Below are positions 56,945 through 64,000 of a DNA stretch of 64,000 nucleotides, piece by piece. This DNA comes from Eledone cirrhosa (taxonomy: Eukaryota), in NCBI GenBank assembly GCA_964016885.1, contig OZ024753.1, positions 25,792,001-25,856,000 on the forward strand, given 5' to 3'. Position numbers and translations under genes: made by a program. Position 1 is the stretch's first letter, and each line of letters opens with the position of its first letter. A model generated the notes under the pieces. The model ran no database searches, was not told the origin of the DNA, and saw only the letters and a program-made list of their open reading frames with translations.

Positions 56945-59900
56945 TTCTTCCTAATAATAACATTAGTGTCCCTCTAGTGATGTCCCTGTTGGTACAATCT
57001 AGTCTTCCTACTAATTACATTAGTGTCTCTCTAGTAATGTCCCTATTGGTACAATCTAGTCTTCCTACTAATAACATTAGTGTCCCTCTGGTAATATCCA
57101 TGTTGGTACAATCTAGTCTTCCTACTAATTACATTAGTGTCCCTCTAATAATGTCCCTGTTGGTACAATCTAGTCATCCTACTAATAACATTAGTGTCCA
57201 TGTAGTAATGTCCCTGTTGGTACAATCTAGTCTTCCTACTAATAACATTAGTGTCCCTCTGGTAATATCCATGTTGGTACAATCTAGTCTTCCTACTAAT
57301 TACATTAGTGTCCCTCTAGTAATGTCCCTGTTGGTACAATCTAGTCTTCCTACTAATAACATTAGTGTCCCCCTAGTAATGTCCCTGGTGGTACAATCTA
57401 GTCTTCCTACTAATAACATTAGTGTCCATGTAGTAATGTCCCTGTTGGTACAATCTAGTCTTCCTACCAATAACATTAGTGTCTCTCTAGTAATGTCCCT
57501 GTTGGTACAATCTAGTCTTCCTACTAATAACATTAGTGTCCCTCTAGTAATGTCCCTGTTGGTACAATCTAGTCTTCCTACCAATAACATTAGTGTCTCT
57601 CTAGTAATGTCCCTGTTGGTACAATCTAGTCTTCCTACTAATAACATTAGTGTCTCTCTAGTAATGTCCCTGTTGGTACAATCTAGTCTTCCTACTAATA
57701 ACATTAGTGTCCCTCTAGTAATCTCCCTGTTGGTACAATCTAGTCTTCCTACTAATTACATTAGTGTCCCTCTAGTAATGTCCCTGTTGGTACATTCTAG
57801 TCTTCCTACTAATTACATTAGTGTCTCTCTAGTAATGTCCCTATTGGTACAATCTAGTCTTCCTACTAATAACATTAGTGTCTCCCTAGTAATGTCCCTA
57901 TTGGTACAATCTAGTCTTCCTACTAATAACATTAGTATCCCTCTAGTAATGTCCCTGTTGGTACAATCTAGTCTTCCTACTAATAACATTAGTGTCTCTC
58001 TAGTAATGTCCATGTTGGTACAATCTACTCTTCCTACTAATTACATTAGTATCCCTCTAGTAATGTCCCTGTTGGTACAATCTAGTCTTCCTACTAATAA
58101 CATTTGTGTCCCCCTAGTAATGTCCCTGTTGGTACAATCTACTCTTCCTACTAATTACATTAGTGTCTCTCTAGTAATGTCCATGTTGGTACAATCTACT
58201 CTTCCTACTAATAACATTAGTGTCCATGTAGTAATGTCCCTGTTGGTACAATCTAGTCTTCCTACTAATAACATTAGTGTCCCTCTAGTAATGTCCATGT
58301 TGGTACAATCTACTCTTCCTACTAATTACATTAGTGTCTCTCTAGTAATGTCAATATGGTACAATCTAGTCTTCCTACTAATTACATTAGTGTCTCTCTA
58401 GTAATGTCCATTTTGGTACAATCTAGTCTTCCTACTAATTACATTAGTGTCTCTCTAGTAATGTCCCTGTTGGTACAATCTAGTCTTCCTACTAATTACA
58501 TTAGTGTCTCTCTAGTAATGTCCCTGTTGGTACAATCTAGTCTTCCTACTAATTACATTAGTGTCTCTCTAGTAATGTCCATTTTGGTACAATCTAGTCT
58601 TCCTACTAATTACATTAGTGTCTCTCTAGTAATGTCCCTGTTGGTACAATCTAGTCTTCCTACTAATTACATTAGTGTCTCTCTAGTAATGTCCCTGTTG
58701 GTACAAGCTAGTCTTCCTACTAATTACATTAGTGTCTCTCTAGTAATGTCCATTTTGGTACAATCTAGTCTTCCTACTAATGACATTAGTGTCCCTCTAG
58801 TAATGTCCATGTTGGTACAATCTACTCTTCGTACTAATTACATTAGTATCCCTCTAGTAATGTCCCTGTTGGTACAATCTAGTCTTCCTACTAATAACAT
58901 TAGTGTCCCCCTAGTAATGTCCCTGTTGGTACAATCTAGTCTTCCTACTAATAACATTAGTGTCCCTCTAGTAATGTCCCTGTTGGTACAATATACTCTT
59001 CCTACTAATGACATTAGTGTCCCTCTAGTAATGTCCCTGTTGGTACAATCTTGTCTTCCTACTAATAATATTAGTGTCCCTCTAGCAATGTCCATGTTGG
59101 TACAATCTACTCTTCCTACTAATTACATTAGTGTCTCTCTAGTAATGTCCATTTTGGTACAATCTAGTCTTCCTACTAATTACATTAGTGTCTCTCTAGT
59201 AATGTCCCTGTTGGTACAATCTAGTCTTCCTACTAATAACATTAGTGTCCCTCTAGTAATGTCCATGTTGGTACAATCTAGTCTTCCTACTAATTACATT
59301 AGTGTCCATGTAGTAATATCCCTGTTGGTACAATCTAGTCTTCCTACTAATAACATTAGTGTCCCTCTGGTAATGTCCATGTTGGTCCAATCTAGTCTTC
59401 CTACTAATTACATTAGTGTCCATGTAGTAATATCCCTGTTGGTACAATCTAGTCTTCCTACTAATAACATTAGTGTCTCTCTAGTAATGTCCCTGTTGGT
59501 ACAATCTACTCTTCCTACTAATTACATTAGTGTCCCTCTAGTAATGTCCCTGTTGGTACGATCTAGTCATCCTACTAATAACATTAGTGTCCCTCTAGTA
59601 ATGTCTCTGTTGGTACAATCTAGTCTTCCTACTAATTACATTAGTGTCCCTCTAGTAATGTCCCTGTTGGTACAATCTAGTCTTCCTACCAATAACATTA
59701 GTATCTCTCTAGTAATGTCCCTGTTGGTACATTCTAGTCTTCCTACTAATTACATTAGTGTCCCTCTAGTAATGTCCCTGTTGGTACATTCTAGTCTTCC
59801 TACTAATTACATTAGTGTCTCTCTAGTAATGTCCCTATTGGTACAATCTAGTCTTCCTACTAATAACATTAGTATCCCTCTAGTAAAGTCCCTGTTGGTA

Positions 59901-62900
59901 CAATCTAGTCATCCTACTAATAACATTAGTGTCTATGTAGTAATGTCCCTGTTAGTACAATCTAGTCTTCCTACTAATAACATTAGTGCCCCTCTGGTAA
60001 TATCCATGTTGGTACAATCTAGTCTTCCTACTAATTACATTAGTGTCCCTCTAGTAATGTCCCTGTTGGTACAATCTAGTCATCCTACTAATAACATTAG
60101 TGTCCCTCTAGTAATGTCCCTGTTGGTACAATCTAGTCTTCCTACTAATAACATTAGTATCCCTCTAGTAATGTCCCTGTTGGTACAATCTAGTCTTCCT
60201 ACTAATTACATTAGTGTCTCTCTAGTAATGTCCCTATTGGTACAATCTAGTCTTCCTACTAATAACATCAGTATCCCTCTAGTAATGTCCCTGTTGGTAC
60301 AATCTAGTCATCCTACTAATAACATTAGTGTCCATGTAGTAATGTCCCTGTTGGTACAATCTAGTCTTCCTACTAATAACATTAGTGTCCCTCTGGTAAT
60401 ATCCATGTTGGTACAATCTAGTCTTCCTACTAATTACATTAGTGTCCCTCTAGTAATGTCCCTGTTGGTACAATCTAGTCATCCTACTAATAACATTAGT
60501 GTCCCTCTAGTAATGTCCATGTTGGTACAATCTAGTCTTCCTACTAATTACATTAGTGTCCCTCTAGTAATGTCCCTGTTGGTACAATCTAGTCTTCCTA
60601 CTAATGACATTAGTGTCCCTCTAGTAATGTCCATGTTGGTACAATCTACTCTTCCTACTAATTACATTAGTATCCCTCTAGTAATGTCCCTGTTGGTACA
60701 ATCTAGTCTTCCTACTAATAACATTAGTATCCCTCTAGTAAAGTCCCTGTTGGTACAATCTAGTCATCCTACTAATAACATTAGTGTCTATGTAGTAATG
60801 TCCCTGTTAGTACAATCTAGTCTTCCTACTAATAACATTAGTGCCCCTCTGGTAATATCCATGTTGGTACAATCTAGTCATCCTACTAATTACATTAGTG
60901 TCCCTCTAGTAATGTCCCTGTTGGTACAATCTAGTCATCCTACTAATAACATTAGTGTCCCTCTAGTAATGTCCATGTTGGTACAATCTACTCTTCCTAC
61001 TAATTACATTAGTATCCCTCTAGTAATGTCCCTGTTGGTACAATCTAGTCTTCCTACTAATAACATCAGTATCCCTCTAGTAATGTCCCTGTTGGTACAA
61101 TCTAGTCATCCTACTAATAACATTAGTGTCCATGTAGTAATGTCCCTGTTGGTACAATCTAGTCTTCCTACTAATAACATTAGTGTCCCTCTGGTAATAT
61201 CCATGTTGGTACAATCTAGTCTTCCTACTAATTACATTAGTGTCCCTCTAGTAATGTCCCTGTTGGTACAATCTAGTCATCCTACTAATAACATTAGTGT
61301 CCCTCTAGTAATGTCCATGTTGGTACAATCTAGTCTTCCTACTAATTACATTAGTGTCCCTCTAGTAATGTCCCTGTTGGTACAATCTAGTCTTCCTACT
61401 AATGACATTAGTGTCCCTCTAGTAATGTCCATGTTGGTACAATCTACTCTTCCTACTAATTACATTAGTATCCCTCTAGTAATGTCCCTGTTGGTACAAT
61501 CTAGTCTTCCTACTAATAACATTAGTGTCTCTCTAGTAATGTCCCTGTTGGTACAATCTAGTCTTCCTACTAATAACATTAGTGTCCCCCTAGTAATGTC
61601 CCTGTTGGTACAATCTAGTCTTCCTACTAATAACATTAGTGTCCCTCTAGTAATGTCCCTGTTGGTACAATATACTCTTCCTACTAATGACATTAGTGTC
61701 CCTCTAGTAATGTCCCTGTTGGTACAATCTTGTCTTCCTACTAATAATATTAGTGTCCCTCTAGCAATGTCCATGTTGGTACAATCTACTCTTCCTACTA
61801 ATTACATTAGTGTCTCTCTAGTAATGTCCATTTTGGTACAATCTAGTCTTCCTACTAATTACATTAGTGTCTCTCTAGTAATGTCCCTGTTGGTACAATC
61901 TAGTCTTCCTACTAATAACATTAGTGTCCCTCTAGTAATGTCCATGTTGGTACAATCTAGTCTTCCTACTAATTACATTAGTGTCCATGTAGTAATATCC
62001 CTGTTGGTACAATCTAGTCTTCCTACTAATAACATTAGTGTCCCTCTGGTAATGTCCATGTTGGTCCAATCTAGTCTTCCTACTAATTACATTAGTGTCC
62101 ATGTAGTAATATCCCTGTTGGTACAATCTAGTCTTCCTACTAATAACATTAGTGTCTCTCTAGTAATGTCCCTGTTGGTACAATCTACTCTTCCTACTAA
62201 TTACATTAGTGTCCCTCTAGTAATGTCCCTGTTGGTACGATCTAGTCATCCTACTAATAACATTAGTGTCCCTCTAGTAATGTCTCTGTTGGTACAATCT
62301 AGTCTTCCTACTAATTACATTAGTGTCCCTCTAGTAATGTCCCTGTTGGTACAATCTAGTCTTCCTACCAATAACATTAGTATCTCTCTAGTAATGTCCC
62401 TGTTGGTACATTCTAGTCTTCCTACTAATTACATTAGTGTCCCTCTAGTAATGTCCCTGTTGGTACATTCTAGTCTTCCTACTAATTACATTAGTGTCTC
62501 TCTAGTAATGTCCCTATTGGTACAATCTAGTCTTCCTACTAATAACATTAGTATCCCTCTAGTAAAGTCCCTGTTGGTACAATCTAGTCATCCTACTAAT
62601 AACATTAGTGTCTATGTAGTAATGTCCCTGTTAGTACAATCTAGTCTTCCTACTAATAACATTAGTGCCCCTCTGGTAATATCCATGTTGGTACAATCTA
62701 GTCTTCCTACTAATTACATTAGTGTCCCTCTAGTAATGTCCCTGTTGGTACAATCTAGTCATCCTACTAATAACATTAGTGTCCCTCTAGTAATGTCCCT
62801 GTTGGTACAATCTAGTCTTCCTACTAATAACATTAGTATCCCTCTAGTAATGTCCCTGTTGGTACAATCTAGTCTTCCTACTAATTACATTAGTGTCTCT

Positions 62901-64000
62901 CTAGTAATGTCCCTATTGGTACAATCTAGTCTTCCTACTAATAACATCAGTATCCCTCTAGTAATGTCCCTGTTGGTACAATCTAGTCTTCCTACTAATT
63001 ACATTAGTGTCCCTCTAGTAATGTCCCTGTTGGTACAATCTAGTCTTCCTACTAATGACATTAGTGTCCCTCTAGTAATGTCCATGTTGGTACAATCTAC
63101 TCTTCCTACTAATTACATTAGTATCCCTCTAGTAATGTCCCTGTTGGTACAATCTAGTCTTCCTACTAATAACATTAGTGTCTCTCTAGTAATGTCCCTG
63201 TTGGTACAATCTAGTCTTCCTACTAATAACATTAGTGTCCCCCTAGTAATGTCCCTGTTGGTACAATCTAGTCTTCCTACTAATAACATTAGTGTCCCTC
63301 TAGTAATGTCCCTGTTGGTACAATCTACTCTTCCTACTAATAACATTAGTGTCCCTCTAGTAATGTCCCTATTGGTACAATCTTGTCTTCCTACTAATAA
63401 CATTAGTGTCCCTCTAGTAATGTCCATGTTGGTACAATCTAGTCTTCCTACTAATAACATTAGTGTCTCTCTAGTAATGTCCCTGTTGGTACAATCTAGT
63501 CATCCTACTAATTACATTAGTGTCCCTCTAGTAATGTCCTTGTTGGTACAATCTAGTCTTCCTACTAATTACATTAGTGACCCTCTAGTAATGTCCCTGT
63601 TGGTACAATCTAGTCTTCCTACTAATTACATTAGTGTCCATGTAGTAATGTCCCTGTTGGTACAATCTAGACTTCCTACTAATAACATTAGTGTTCCTCT
63701 AGTAATGTCCCTGTTGGTACAATCTAGTCTTCCTACTAATAACATTAGTGTCCCTCTAGTAATGTCCCTGTTGGTACAATCTAGTCATCCTACTAATAAC
63801 ATTAGTGTCCCTCTAGTAATGTCCCTGTTGGTACAATCTAGTCTTCCTACTAATAACATTAGTGTCCCTCTAGTAATGTCCCTGTTGGTACAATCTACTC
63901 TTCCTACTAATAACATTAGTGTCCCTCTAGTAATGTCCCTATTGGTACAATCTTGTCTTCCTACTAATAACATTAGTGTCCCTCTAGTAATGTCCATGTT
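56945..64000. repeat. 57-bp satellite, >120 monomers (ctagtaatgtccctgttggtacaatctagtcttcctactaataacattagtgtccct), continues past the window
   Basis: Directly visible. Confidence 0.99.

Noticed and set aside
56977-58401. 474-aa ORF
   Set aside because: It is a translation of the 57-bp satellite and is broken by an indel within the same array.

Overview
Eukaryotic, repeat-saturated, apparently gene-free 64 kb. The SINE family, (TA)n/(TATG)n load and element mix suggest a coleoid cephalopod such as an octopod; this taxon call is inference. No intact host gene is supported. Mobile elements: a 3' half of an L1/Tx1-type LINE plus a short second copy, a dead R4/Dong-type LINE flanked by (CATA)n, RTE fragments, a decayed CRE-like LINE, a non-autonomous Helitron, about ten copies of a tRNA-derived SINE, and three different 5'-truncated Penelope-like elements (PLEs) with RT and GIY-YIG domains and Naiad-type Cys motifs. 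Repeats: three large satellites (42, 36 and 57 bp monomers) with higher-order structure, and a 200-N gap. The main signal is that all three PLE families carry a type I hammerhead ribozyme that can be read from the sequence, two with non-canonical cores. Two PLEs are fold-back insertions with 1.6 kb and 1.96 kb near-perfect inverted arms set in (TA)n, and one has a long 3' UTR with a GC-rich foldable domain. The very long ORFs in the ORF track are satellite or microsatellite artefacts. All calls were made by eye; no searches were run.
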